In this document: piece by piece, positions 51,916 to 64,000 of the stretch
Layout of the letters: every line of letters begins with the position of its first letter
Position numbering within the stretch: the stretch's first letter is position 1
NCBI RefSeq assembly: GCF_009834535.1
Contig: NC_045707.1
Span: forward strand, 57,166,001-57,230,000
DNA: 64,000 nt
Origin: Camelus ferus
Taxonomy: Eukaryota
Reading direction: 5' to 3'
Notes under the pieces: generated by a model
The model's input: only the letters and a program-made list of their open reading frames with translations
Told to the model about the DNA's origin: nothing
Database searches by the model: none
Translations under genes and position numbers: made by a program

Positions 51916-52500
51916 TGTTAACGAAAAACTGGCCTCTGAACCCTGATAGCCAAATTGAGACTAGAAGGCAGAGTTTTGGGAGAAATAGAAAAGGACAGCT
52001 TTATTGCTTTGCCAGGCAAGGGGCGGGTCACAGCAGGCTAATGCCCTAGAGACTGTGAATCCCTCTGGGGGTTGGTGCCCTGAGGTTTTATAGAAAAACC
52101 AGATAGAACAGAAAGGTGACAACAATCAGGATATTTTCCAGGGTACTATATTGTTCTTAATCTTGATGAATCCACCTAGCATCACAGAGAAACTCCAGAA
52201 GGTCTGTTCATTCTTCTGAGGCTGTCAGCCCATGACCACCTTCCTGGAGCACAGCTTCTGGATTAAAGAATAAGCTATTCTGGGTAAAGAATGTATAGGG
52301 AGTGGAGAGGGTACTGGAAAGGTAGGGGGCTGTTTAGCAAAAAAAACAAAAAAACAAAAAAACAGGAAAGGTTGGGAGCAAGTGAAGCAAAGGTGGGGGT
52401 TTGTCAGAGAAAAGAGAAAAACAAGTTGCAAGAATTTCAGGTCACAATGAATCAGCAAACAGCTTTAGCATCAGGGAAGCCATTTAGTTAGTTAGTTTCC
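51916..52500 (-). mobile_element. Solo ERV1-type LTR (~585 bp)
   Basis: Starts tgttaacg; gcagagttttgggagaaatagaaaaggacagctttattgctttgccaggcaa contains a reverse AATAAA; reverse TATA ttttata near 52086. Confidence 0.75.
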
Positions 52501-52756
52501 TATTCTTTTAATGTCATTTCTCATGTTCCAAAGTTCCTAGCTGATTTGGTTTCTTCTCTCTTCCATTCAGAGTCTTCTTAAGCTTATTATATATATTATA
52601 TCCTAGGTTTTGTGCTGTATTTAACAGGATGAATAAGGAAAAGTGCGTTTTATCCATCTTATCCTGAAACTAGAAGTCTCTAAGTAATATTACTTGATCC
52701 CTTATTCTAGACCAATATTTCATGTGTATGAATTCCTCTAATCAAAAAATTACCCT

Positions 52757-53515
52757 GGGAAACTTCATGCACTGTTGATGGGAATGTAAGTTGGTACAGC
52801 CACTATGGAAAACACTATGGAAGTTACTCAAAAAATTAAAAACAGAACTACCATACAATCCAGCAATTCTACTTCTGGGTGTTTACTTGAAGACAATAAA
52901 AACACTAATTCAAAAAGATACATGGACCCCTATGTTCGCTGCAGCATTATTTACAATAGCCAAGATGTGGAAGCAACCTAAATGTCCATCAATAGGTGAG
53001 TAGATAAAGAAGATGTGGTATATACACAATGGAATATCACTCAAGCATAAAAAAAAAAAAGAAATTGTGTCATTTGGGTCAACATGGATGGACCCAGAGT
53101 AGATTATACTAAATGAAATAAGTTAGGCAGAGAAAGATAAATACCATATGTTCTCACTTACATATGGAATCTACAAAACAAAACAAATAAACCAACAAAA
53201 CAGAAACAGACAGATACAGAGAAAAAACTGGTAGTTGCCAGAGGGAACGGGTTGGGGTTGGGCAAAATAGGTGGAGTGTATTAAGAGATACAAACTTCCA
53301 GTTATAAAATAAACAAGTCACAAGGATATAGTATCCAGCCTAAGAATCTAATATAGACAATAATACTGTAGTAATTTAGTATGGTGACAAGGCTACAAGT
53401 TACTAGGCTTATCACAGTGATCATTTCATAATGTATTTGACTGTCAGATCACTGAGTTGTGCACCTGAAACTAACATAATATTGTGCATCAATTATATTT
53501 AAATTAAAAAAAAAA
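52757..53515 (+). mobile_element. 5'-truncated L1 (L1MA-like) inserted in a MIR
   Basis: ORF 52791..53003 is the L1 ORF2 C-terminus ([34 protein letters not shown]); polyA tail; imperfect TSD aaaaaattaccct/aaaaaaaaaccct. Confidence 0.95.
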
Positions 53516-53779
53516 ACCCTACTCTATGAGGTGGGTACTATTGTAAATTCCATTTTGCATATGAGGAGACTCATCTGACAGTAACTTGCTCAAGGCAGCC
53601 TATAATAGAACCAAGCCAGTAAACATCAAACAGCACTACCTCTACAGGCAACACTCAAAGAACTTTAGATGTTTTTTCAATTGTTTGCAAATTTGGGGTG
53701 GTTTAATATTTAAATTACTAGCTCCTAGCATTTTCTTTTTAAAGCATGCTCTTAAGAAATTTAAAGAATTTTAAGGGTA

Positions 53780-54000
53780 TCCTTTGGGACAATAAGAAGG
53801 AAATTCAGAGGGAAGGGCCTGCAAGCAATGTTAAGCAAGAAGCATTGCAGGAAGTAACTGATTGGCATGGTTCCAGAGGTGGTTACAGGTTATGAATATA
53901 CCGCTATAAATTGACTAAACTTAAAGACTGGTCTATTGTAGATGGCAGGACTAAGTGACCTGCAAAGGGCCTCCCAGCTCGAAGATTTGATTATTCTACT
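53780..54000 (+). mobile_element. L3/CR1 or MIR3 3' end
   Basis: ggactaagtgacctgcaaagggcctcccagctcgaagatttgattattcta tail. Confidence 0.55.
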
Positions 54001-54119
54001 ATGACAAGATTCTTATTTCATTTTTAATCAAATCATTTCAGTAAAGGTCAATTAAATGCCTTCTATGTGCTGTCTCTTCACTGCCCCTTCTAAATTCACG
54101 AACAGGTTTTAAATGGTTT

Positions 54120-55200
54120 GTCTCCCCAGGTTATTAAAATAACTAATGCTCACTATAGAAAACTGAGAAAATATACTTTGGAGTATTTTCTTTTATTTTT
54201 TTAATATGTAAATATTTTGCCTCTATATTTTAGGGTACATTATGAGTTTTCTCTAAGGACCTGAAAAATTCTCAAAAAACATGTATAATGATGGCATAAT
54301 ATGCCACTGAAAGGCTATTCAATAATAGCTTCTACAACACTATTAAAGCACAAAGTTATCCTGCATTGTTGCAAATTGCTTTTCACAATATTGCCATCAT
54401 TTTAAATGATTCTGGGATAATGTTTCTTGCAGAGAAATATTGGTCACATTGGTTTTTTTATTATTACAATTGAAAGCAAGATTCATACAATCAAACATAT
54501 ATACACACCAAATAATTAAATTGCTTTCTGGAAATATTGAATCAATTTATATTACCATCAGCATTACCTGAAAATCCATTTTATCCACACTCCTCTAAAC
54601 ACAGATTACTCTCAATCTTCTTCAATTTTAGAAGTGAAAAATAGTTTTAATTTTGGTTTATTTGATTACTAGTATTAAATACAACGTCTGACCAATTTTT
54701 AAAAGTTCTTTATGTAAGACATTGAACTTAAGTCTGACATGGTTACAAATTATTTTCTCAGTTTATTCACTAATTTTAATTCATGGTATTTCCTGACATA
54801 AACATCTTTTGAATTTGTACATAGTCAAATAAGCTCTTCATTTTCTTTTGTAATTTTTTCCTCTAAGATAATTCGTACTACTCTCTTCTGGCTTCAATTT
54901 TTTATATTAATGCCTTAAATGTGCCAATAATTTATTCATATATGCATAAAATCTGAATGTAATATCTGTTATATATTATATATTGCAATTATATGATATG
55001 TATGTGTATGTATATATATTATGTATTGTATGATATATGTGTGTACATACATATTATGATGTAGCAGTACAATCATGTTCATTTACTTATCAGTAGTCAG
55101 TTTTCCAAGCGTATTTTCTGACCAATCCTCACTGTTCACCTTCATTTGTGATGCTCCATCCTTCCTGTATGTATTAGTATTATACATAAAGAAAGACACA
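54120..55200 (-). mobile_element. Very old L1ME fragments with an embedded TA/TG tract (~54970-55055)
   Basis: aatcaatttatattaccatcagcatt...ccattttatccacactcct; tatttgattactagt. Confidence 0.6.
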
Positions 55201-55870
55201 CATTAGCATCGTTGTCAGGGCTGTATAACTTCTAGCTATAACCACTCGAATTTTCTGCCAGTAGAATCTTTGAATAGCTCTTTTTAAACTCAGTCGACTT
55301 TTAGTTCTGTTGAAGAAAGGAAATAACTTCATATTCTTTATCCTACCCCATTCCTGTGCCAAATTCCTTCTACAGAAAATTGCAAGCAACCTGAATGTAC
55401 CCCATAGGCCACCTGAATAACAGAAAACTATAAAACTGAAAAAAAGCCGATAGCAACATGGAACCACAGAAAATGGTGCTACCACCAGATCAGAACAGTG
55501 GAAAAAGTTTTTAATATATAAAATGGATAGGAGCAGAGCCACTGCTAAAACGAGAAATCATAAAAATCATCCAGTAACCCTTAGCAGACCCAAGGGTACT
55601 GATACTGAAAAACTCCATGACACTTTATGTACTGTTAAGTTAAAGAATAGGGGGAAAAGGTGTAGAGAAATTTAAAGAACCGGACCACAAAATACTCTAT
55701 GTTCATGAGGAACCTATAAACCCTAAGCAGGAAATACAAAGGCTCACCAAAAAAATGCTCTCAATAAAACTCTGCAATAACTCCCAGATCAGAGACAGGT
55801 AGGAATAAAGAATAGACCTTGGGTGGATGGATAATTAATTTAGATGGATAATTAAGACATAAGTCTTAAA

Positions 55871-55894
55871 CACACACACACACACACACACACA
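55871..55894. repeat. (CA)12 microsatellite
   Basis: Perfect dinucleotide run. Confidence 0.95.
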
Positions 55895-56297
55895 TACCAT
55901 GCAAAAGTTTAACTGCCTATAGTCTAACTTTCTGAAATAAGTAGAATTTCTGCATGGATGACTGTCCTGACGATTTAAGACCTACAGAACAGAAGCAAAC
56001 TCTATGTAACTTCCAGGAGGTCTAGAAATCCTACACACCACTGCCACCTGGAAATCCCCTTTATCCCTCAAACAACTGAGGGAAGACTCCAGCAATCAAA
56101 ATCTGTATTCACTGACAAGTGAACAAGGATCCTTGCTTGGATCTTGAAACGTACTCTATTCAGCTACTTGCCGTATCCTGAAACTCAAATGAGCGTGTGT
56201 GTAAAGATACAATACAATTTTGGTGAGAGTGAAAAGAAACCAGCATTTTCATATAATGCTGGCAAGCAAATAAATTAGTTTAGCAATTTAGGAGGAG

Positions 56298-56337
56298 ATA
56301 TATATATATATATACACACACATATATATATATATAT
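56298..56337. repeat. Compound (TA)n(CA)n(TA)n microsatellite
   Basis: Directly visible. Confidence 0.9.
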
Positions 56338-56939
56338 GTCCAAAATGTACTTTTAACTTAGCTAAAGAAAGTTGCTTATGTATTTATCTCTGTGTTTTAT
56401 AAAAGGACAAGAAGGAGTCTAGAAAAATGGATCAGAAAATATTAACAGTGGTAAACTCCGGGTGAGAGAAAGTAAGGGGACAGTATGGAGAAGGGATGGT
56501 CTATATTTTTATATGATAAACCCTTCCTGTGTTATTTGATTTGTATGAGCATAATTTATATATTGAATGGACAGTTTAAATATATTTAAATAACACTAAA
56601 TTTTAGCAAGTCTAGATGGCTCGCCTCACGATCTAAATCATCAACTCCATAATCAGTATAACTGGTCAGTATAATGACTACTAGCAAAAAGTATTGTAAT
56701 TTAATAAAATCATCTTTTTTTAAAATATTCTTCTGATACTTGTGGTAAAAAAGAAGCATTTCTTATACTTGGGATACATCTAAACTCACTTTCAAGAAAC
56801 TAAAATTTGGGCCATAAAAAAATTTGTTCTCCTTTTTATTTTTCTCACCAGAATCAACCTTAAGTAGCTGAATGGTCAATAATAAATAGCTACAGAGAAC
56901 CATCATATCACATAGAGAGATCTGCTATAAATTTGTGGT

Positions 56940-57298
56940 CATCATTCCTATGATTTTAGTTGTCCTCATTTCGGGCAGTTGTAAGGCTGCACTTTCGCAC
57001 CCATTAGAAATGGGGCGTGGCCATGTGGCTTGATATGACCCATGACATGGAAAGAGAAGTAATGCAAGGAGTCTTTGGCAGCAAATGCAGGCTGACCACT
57101 TCTCCCTGCACCAAGGACATTACACGTGGCAACGGCACTTGCAGCTTATGTCCCTGAGTGAGGATAACGACATGGAGTAAATCTCCTGGGTAACCCAAGA
57201 TAAACTTGAAGCATGAGTGAGATACGCTGGGCTATATTAAAACAGGAAGATTTGAGGGTTGTTTATTTCTGCAGCATAACCTAATTTATCCTGATACA
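56940..57298 (+). mobile_element. MLT1J-like LTR
   Basis: ggggcgtggccatgtggcttg..ccatgacatggaaagagaagt; end ttgtttatttctgcagcataacctaatttatcctgataca. Confidence 0.8.
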
Positions 57299-58989
57299 AA
57301 ATTTCTTAAGATCCGTAAATTTTCACAAATTCAAAGAAACTTTAAAATTGTTGTATTTCATAATTTAAGCGGCCAAAGGATGTGTTCCAGGGCAAACAAA
57401 ATGGGAGGGATTTCAGCAGGTGTCATTACATAGTCACTACAGTAATGTTAGATTCCTCGCAAAGGAGTCAGTGTCTGAGCTCGCAGAGGTGGGACTGGGG
57501 GTCTTCAGAAGGAGCTCTGAAAAGAAGAAAGGTCTTGAAATTCCATCTAGATTTCTTAAACATAATTTTCTATCTCCCTTTGCTTTTTCCTCCTCAACCC
57601 ATGCTAGCTTACATCTAGCATAAAAACCTGGACTCAGCTCTTAAGAAAAAAATCTGGCTTGAGCTGTGTTCTTTCTGTTCTTCACTTTAGCCTACTCTGA
57701 ATCTTCTCTGTCTTTCCTAATATCTAACTCTAGCCTATGCTGTATCTGACTTTGGCTTCCATCATCAAATGAGTTACACTGGAGTGTGTACTTGGCCCCC
57801 ACGCGGGGCTAGGTCAGTGAATGTGGGTGGATGTCTGAAAGATGTTTAAGAGGTAGGGAGCCTGACAAGCTCCGTGGTCTTGAGGTCTGCATGCCAGGAA
57901 AAGTTACTGGCAAACATTCACATAATTCCTCTCTTCCCCTGAATACCCATCACCACCAACCTTTCCTATGTGGAGAGCTAAATTTTCTTATTTAAGCATG
58001 TGTGTATTAGGTCAACTTTCAAGCATTATAAAAGGAAATAAAACTCTGACACTCAAAAAATGTCTTCTTTCAGAGGTGAAAATTGATAGCATGTACTCTG
58101 AATCTGATTATCCAGCTATGGAAAGTTAAATTGGTAAAGTCTAAAATGCTTCCTCTCAATCCCACCACCCCCTCCTGTGCCAAGAATTTAATGTATTTAA
58201 TACACTTTCAATAGTGTGCCCTATGAAACCCTTTCCCAAACTGCCGTATTTCAATTTGCATGAAATAGCTGTTGAACATTTCTTCCAGCACCATATTTAG
58301 TATTCACAGTGTTGGAACCCTCCCTGTACTACTTTCAGCTACTGATTTCTGGACTCTGCTCACTTTCATTATTAAATAACTAGAAAGTCCAATTTATAAG
58401 TTACCTTTTGATACGAGCTTACTTCCTCGGATTAGATGATAATTTCCTTCCTTGATGACTTCCTATGTGGGTCTTCATTTCAACACAATTTCAGGGGAAA
58501 AAAGTAAAAACAAACTCCAAACTCTTTTTCAAAAGTTAAACAAACCTGAGGCCAATATACTGAAAACAATTCAAAGATGATAAATACGTTTGGTTACCTG
58601 TATATTAAAACACTAAATCTACAACTGAAATAGTGATGAACATATAATCTTTAGAGGAAATAATTCACTATTTTATAAGCAGACTAGGGCAGATTACAAC
58701 TCCAATATTATACTGACTATCGATAATAATTTTAAAACATTTTTCTACTCAACCAATTTAACAATGAAGAATTTGTTGTTGATTAGACCTGAGACTGTGA
58801 AGGAAGGGGAAAAAATATAACTGGGTATATGTTCTCCACTCTGAAAGGCAGATTAATTTGCAATAACTATAATAAGAAGTAAAATGTTGCAAATTTCCCA
58901 ACAGAAGTAAAAACTAAGTATGATGAAAGCACAGCAAAAAAGAGATGCATTCCAACTGAGGATATGCAGCAAGGAGCCCGCAGATGTTG

Positions 58990-59495
58990 AAAGGAATGTA
59001 GTGTAAAGGCCTGCGCTTTAAGGTCCAAAGACCAGAGTTCAAACCTCAGACCTGTCATTTACAAGCCACATGACTGCAGACAAATTAATGGGACTAGGTC
59101 TTTCTTCTCTCATCTGTGAAAAACAGAAACAAACACAAAAACCAACAACATAGCACTCACTCTGAGCCAAAACAATACTATGAGCATTTAATACAAATTT
59201 ATTTAATTCTCATAACAGCTATGTGTATGCTAATATCCTTCTCATTTGAAGATGAGGTACAGAAGGGTTATGGGGCCTATCTGAGGTCCACACTGGTGCA
59301 TGCCAAGCAGGGGCTGGATGTCACGTGGTCAGGCTCCTAGTCACAGCCAGTTCTATGTTGATGGGTTAACATGGGAGCACGCTACACTCTCCATGAGCCT
59401 AATTTTATATACACATTTCATTGGCTCCTTTCAATAAGCCTATCAGCCGATTATTACTACTACGCTCATTTACAAATCAGGACCTGGCTCAGACA
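58990..59495. mobile_element. MIR cluster (one + fragment, two - fragments)
   Basis: gaccagagttcaaacctcagacctgtcatttacaagc; atttaattctcataacagctatg..gaagatgagg; ctcatttacaaatcaggacc. Confidence 0.65.
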
Positions 59496-59714
59496 AATTA
59501 TGAAAGAACGTTTTGTGGCAATGGGTACAATGAGCTGGAGCAGGACACAAGGAGAGGATGACTGATAGATTTTTTTGCAATAATGAAGTGTTGTGGTGAT
59601 AAAGATAGAAAGGAGGGAGAGATCTGAGAAATCCAGAAGAATGAAAAAGAACAGTTTTAGAGAAAAGCAGGAAGAGGATGAAAAAAAGTGTCTATTAAAG
59701 AAACCAGGGCTCTG

Positions 59715-59936
59715 GAAGGGTCAGCAAGCCAGAGCCACATGCCAAATCTGGCCCACCACCTGTATGTGCAAATAAAGTCACAATGAAACCCAGCCACACT
59801 CAGTTGTTTATATATTCTCTGTGGTTGCTTTGCTTGACAACAGTAGATCTGAGTGGCAACAATGGAACCTACCTGGCCTGCAAAGCCAAATATATTTACC
59901 ATTTTGTCCCTTAAAGGAAAATTCTGCCAATCCTTA
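59715..59936 (+). mobile_element. MER58A (hAT-Charlie)
   Basis: gccaaatctggcccaccacctgtatgtgcaaataaagt...ggcctgcaaagccaaatatatttaccatttt...tgccaatcctta. Confidence 0.9.
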
Positions 59937-59943
59937 CTCCAGA

Positions 59944-60227
59944 GAAGCCCTGTCCAATAGAAATTTCTGTAATGATGGAGAAGTTCTGTATCTCTACTGC
60001 ACAACGGGGTAGCCGCCCCTAGCCACAGGTGACTGGCTAAATTTAAATTCAAACTAATTAAAAGTAAATAAAAGTTTAAATTTAGTTCCTCAGTCACACT
60101 AGCCACCTTTCAAGGACTCAACAGCCACATTAACTGATGTAAATTAAATCTTATTTAGTTCTAATTAAATTAAACTTAAATTTATATAACCACACGTGGC
60201 TACTGGCTACCATATTAGACAACATAG
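59944..60227 (+). mobile_element. MER3 (hAT-Charlie) with an internal inverted duplication
   Basis: ctgtccaatagaaatttctgtaatgatggagaagttctgtatct ... gtggctactggctaccatattagacaacatag. Confidence 0.85.
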
Positions 60228-60565
60228 TCCTGGGGAATTTCAAAGAGGTAGAGGTGGTCCCCACACCAAACAAGGTAAGGACTTCAAGTCAATCCACAGA
60301 ATTAAGAAACAAATAGACATTGATGCTCTTTGGGAGGGTAATTGGGGCAGAGTGACGAGGCCTGAGGCTACCTTTCAAAGGCTGCGGGAGTGTAAGGGAG
60401 AGGAGGACCCGGAGAAGGGACAACATGGCCAGGAAGTCGGGATGTAAAGAAAATGGGGATGCTCTGCCTCTCTCAACTGGTGCAAAGCTTTCAGCTGGCT
60501 TTTATTAAAAGAGAAGGGTGAAAAGTGAAAGTAGCTGAGGGGAGAGGGATTAAAAAGGAATGGCA

Positions 60566-61050
60566 TAAAAAAAGAATCAACTAACACCATTTGCAGCAAC
60601 ATGGATGGAACTAGAGATTGACATTCTAACTAAAGTAAGCCAGAAGGAGAAAGCAAAATACAATATGATACCACTAATATGTGGAATCCAAAAAAAAAAA
60701 AAAAAAAAAAAGGACACTGTGAACTCAGCTACAAAACAGAAACAGACATAGTAAACAATCTTAGGGTTACCGGGGAAAGGGGGTGGGAAGGGATAAATTT
60801 GAGTTTGAGATTTACAAATGTTAGCCACTATACATAAAAACAGATTTTTAAAAAAGTTTCTTTTGTATACCACAGGGAACTATGTTCAACATCTTGCAAT
60901 AACCTTTAATGGAAAAAAATATATGAAAACATATATGTATGTTTATGCATGACTGAGACATTGTGCTGAACACCAGAAACTGACACATTGTAACTGACTG
61001 TACTTCAATTAAAAGAAAAAATAAATAAATAAGTTAAAAAAAATTTTTTT
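60566..61050 (+). mobile_element. Young 5'-truncated L1 3' end (camelid/cetartiodactyl type)
   Basis: ccatttgcagcaacatggatggaactagag...acaccagaaactgacacattgtaactgactgtacttcaatt plus A-tail; TSD aaggaatggca/aagtaatggca. Confidence 0.92.
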
Positions 61051-61574
61051 AAGTAATGGCAATACTGTTTTGTTTTGTTTTTTTTCATGGCATTGGCAAA
61101 CGGGACAGTAAAAAAACAACACAAAGTTCAGGTTCTGGTTTGAAAATGCAAGCACATCAGGGCAGCTGAAATACAAGATGTGTGTTTGTAGTGGGAGCAG
61201 AACAAGAGCCAAAGCAAGAAAGACCAGTGCAAGCCTTATCTTAAAAGCCATGAATGCCCTGCTAAGGGGAGGTCATTAAAGGGGAATGCCCCATTCTGAA
61301 AGGGATTTCAGGTCACACTTGAGAGATAAAGGAGGAAATAGAATCAAGTAGGATCTATTGACTAAGGTAGGAAGTCACACTATGTAATGAAAATGCAAGG
61401 GAGGTGCAGAAACAAATCAAAGGAGCTAGAAGTAGGAGAAAAAGTGGTTTCAAAGAAAACTGAGGTTTTTTATCATCTCTGGGTGTCAAGTTTACGCTCT
61501 CTTTAAGGCAGACTTGAAATAGGAAAGAAAAATAAGTAATTTTGAAATATGAGAGGGAACAGCATTTTGTCCAT

Positions 61575-61780
61575 CACCAACAATGTGCCAGGTTCTGAGC
61601 TTGGTAATTTAAACTGAGTTTGGTAAATCATTTAATCCACGCACTCTCCCCTAAGGAAGACAACGATATTCCCATTTTACAGATGAGAAATGAGGCTTAT
61701 AGAGGTCAAGTAACTTTCCAGAATCATCAAACTAACATGTGGGAGACTGGAACCCGGTGCTTTCTGAACCCAGGGAAAAT
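61575..61780 (-). mobile_element. MIR SINE
   Basis: atgtgccaggttctgagct...catttaatcc...attcccattttacagatgagaaatgaggcttatagaggtcaagtaactt. Confidence 0.9.
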
Positions 61781-64000
61781 GTGGTGAAGTCCCAGTTTTC
61801 CATGTCTGTGTGCTTATTTAATTCCTGTACCCTCACTAGATACTGTTTTCTGTGGGCAGAGACCATGTGTTAGTTCATCAATGGCACGCAGCAAGTGCTC
61901 AATAATTATTTTTAAATAAATGCTGCAAGTGTGAATGAATGTGAACTGAAGTAGTACTCTTCAGACACATTAGCACAAATAAGAAAAGGAGTCTCATGAG
62001 GTAAATGTTCAGCAAAAACAATGACTCGATCAAAAGACTACTAATACACACAAACAGAGAAGGCTTTAAGCATTTTTAAGAGGGCATCATATCACTTTGT
62101 TCGCACATTGACATCCCATCTAAATTACAGGTACTTGGCTTTGGGCAGTATCAACTGACTGTTCCAGGAAATCCTCCAAATTAGGTAACTACTTCTTTGG
62201 GGCAGCATAATAACCTTATGTTAATTTAACCACTAGGAGTATTGTTTATATAAAAGGAGTTGGAAAGCACATCTCTCTATAGGACAATATTTCAACACAG
62301 AAACCTAACACAAAGAGAGAGATGTTCTTTAGCCCTACTGATACTTTATACATGAGTACATACACTCAGAACCTGCCTCCCTCCCACCAGCTTTGGCCAC
62401 AGATTGCCCCATCTCAGCATGAAAGGATAGCCTGGACATCTGCTCCCCTGCCAGACCATCTCAGATTAAAACTGAGTGAAATGCCAATAGTGAAAAATGC
62501 AGCCAACAGGAAAAAGAATAAAAAAGAAAGGTTTTCAAGAAATCAATACTTGTTATCTGAACTGGCTCCACCGTCAATGGAGAGAAAAGGCATGAATGAA
62601 TGATCTTAAAATTCTCAGGCTGTGAGTCACGCCTGACAGTTAAATTCAAAGCAGAAGGTGAGGACACCATTTTATCCTAGTCGTTTTATTTTTATTATTA
62701 TTCTAAAGGAAATGCAGGTAAAATAAAGAATTGAAGCAAAAGGAAATAGGATTCAGCTTAATAGAAACAAGAAAAATATAAAATTATAACTCATTAAAAT
62801 TAAAGGTCAAAAAGAAAAGATAAGGTCTCAACATTTAAATTTCAATGCATAAATTTATTAAAATGTAACTATAATCCCCAGTAAATATACATTTAGAAGT
62901 GTATTCTAAAGGGAAGTAAACTTCATCAGTCAGCGCCTTTTAAGACAGCTACTTAGGACACTCAGGAGCAGTGGTCCTTGATCAACCAACTTATTAGTCA
63001 GCCATGAGGAGCTCATAAACCAAACTTCAATTCAGAGCAGATTCTTAGAAACCCAGACCCACAGACCAGGATGCCCACGGGGACCCTAAGCAGGTAACCC
63101 TGAAACCTCAGAAATACCCAGAGAATCAGGAAGGGGCAGAAGAGGAGGCACACTCTCCAATGCCAACAGGGCTTTGCTGGAGGGAAGAGAAGACGCCTCT
63201 AAGCACTGCATCCTGATGGTAGCAATGATGAAGTGGTGAAAGGAACAAAGAGGAAAATGGGAAAGGGAGAAAGGAGAAGAGAGAGCAGTCCCAGCACCAC
63301 CCAGAGCAGAAGAAATCCAATTTGTGCACATGGTGTTACCTTGCTCTGGTAAAGAAGAAATGGGAAGAAGAGAGGGGAGAAATAGGTAAGGATTGAAACG
63401 AAAGTGCTCTAAACTTGAGGACTTGAGGACTGTATATTCTTTTCTATGTTCATTACATCTTCATCTTAGCAATCCATTTCTTTCTCTTTAAGGCTGTATC
63501 TCATGCAGAGCGACACACTATACGGTTCTGATGAAACTGCCCTCTACAGCGGGCTCCCAGAAGGCAGACACCACGCTCATTAACTCATTCTGCACAACAC
63601 TTGGCTCATGTCCACAGAGAGATGTTCTATACAAGCTCTTATTAAAGAGGAGAAATACAATCAATCATTCTAGAATGTCTAAAAAAAACTTTATCTTCCC
63701 ACTGAGTCTTATAAATCATTCTGAGATTATTTCCATAAAGATTGTAATTGGGGTGGATACACAGGGAACATCAATTTTGTTTGTTTTATTGTTTAAAATA
63801 AAATGATCTGAAGCAAATGTGACAAAATGATAAGATATTACAAAGCCCAGTGTTCAGTGTTCCCCTGTATTATTATCTTTACTTTTACTCTAAATATTTC
63901 ATAAGGAGAAAGACTGTGGGGCCTTATTCACAATTTTTATTAATATTTTTGGAGAAAAAAACCTGACAATATACATCAGAAAGTGTATCATTTCTCTTTC

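Larger units (their letters stand above)
50675..52680 (-). mobile_element. Old L1 5'/ORF1-region fragment, interrupted by a SINE and an LTR
   Basis: ttcattctgctgttgaacacattt...attgtatttttcagttctaaaattgccatttggtttttcttta is reverse L1ME/L1M4 ORF1-like text. Confidence 0.65.

Noticed and set aside
52791..53003. 70-aa ORF as a host gene
   Set aside because: It is the L1 ORF2 C-terminal remnant of a truncated insertion.
59657..60106. Longest ORF in the window (149 aa)
   Set aside because: It reads through MER3 and MER58A antisense sequence and is spurious.
46490..64000. ACSS3 exon 1 or promoter CpG island
   Set aside because: No CpG island or mitochondrial-leader exon is visible; it must lie beyond the right end of the window.

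Overview
AT-rich mammalian DNA lying entirely inside the ACSS3 gene (mitochondrial short-chain acyl-CoA/propionyl-CoA synthetase), which runs on the minus strand. Six coding exons are present (exons 2-7 by human numbering, recalled from memory; 145, 189, 135, 141, 81 and 96 nt). All have GT-AG borders and splice into one open frame containing the AMP-binding motif [11 protein letters not shown]. Exon 1 and exon 8 onward lie outside the window. The rest is intron filled with interspersed repeats: MIR, L2, L3/CR1, old and young L1, MLT1 and ERV LTRs, Tigger2, MER58A, MER20, MER3, and three tRNA-Ala-derived SINEs of the camelid Vic-1 type, which points to a camel/alpaca/llama genome. Almost all supplied ORFs are chance or repeat-derived. 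I found no convincing new multi-gene system. The most notable oddities cluster around in-frame exon 3: a 141-bp ~92% identical direct repeat brackets it, each copy holds a hairpin, and inverted L2 tails also flank it. Also noted are a CTCF site with upstream module, a fold-back MER3 and a possible lineage-specific Thr-to-Pro change. Repeat family names are by eye and ancient-repeat boundaries are approximate.
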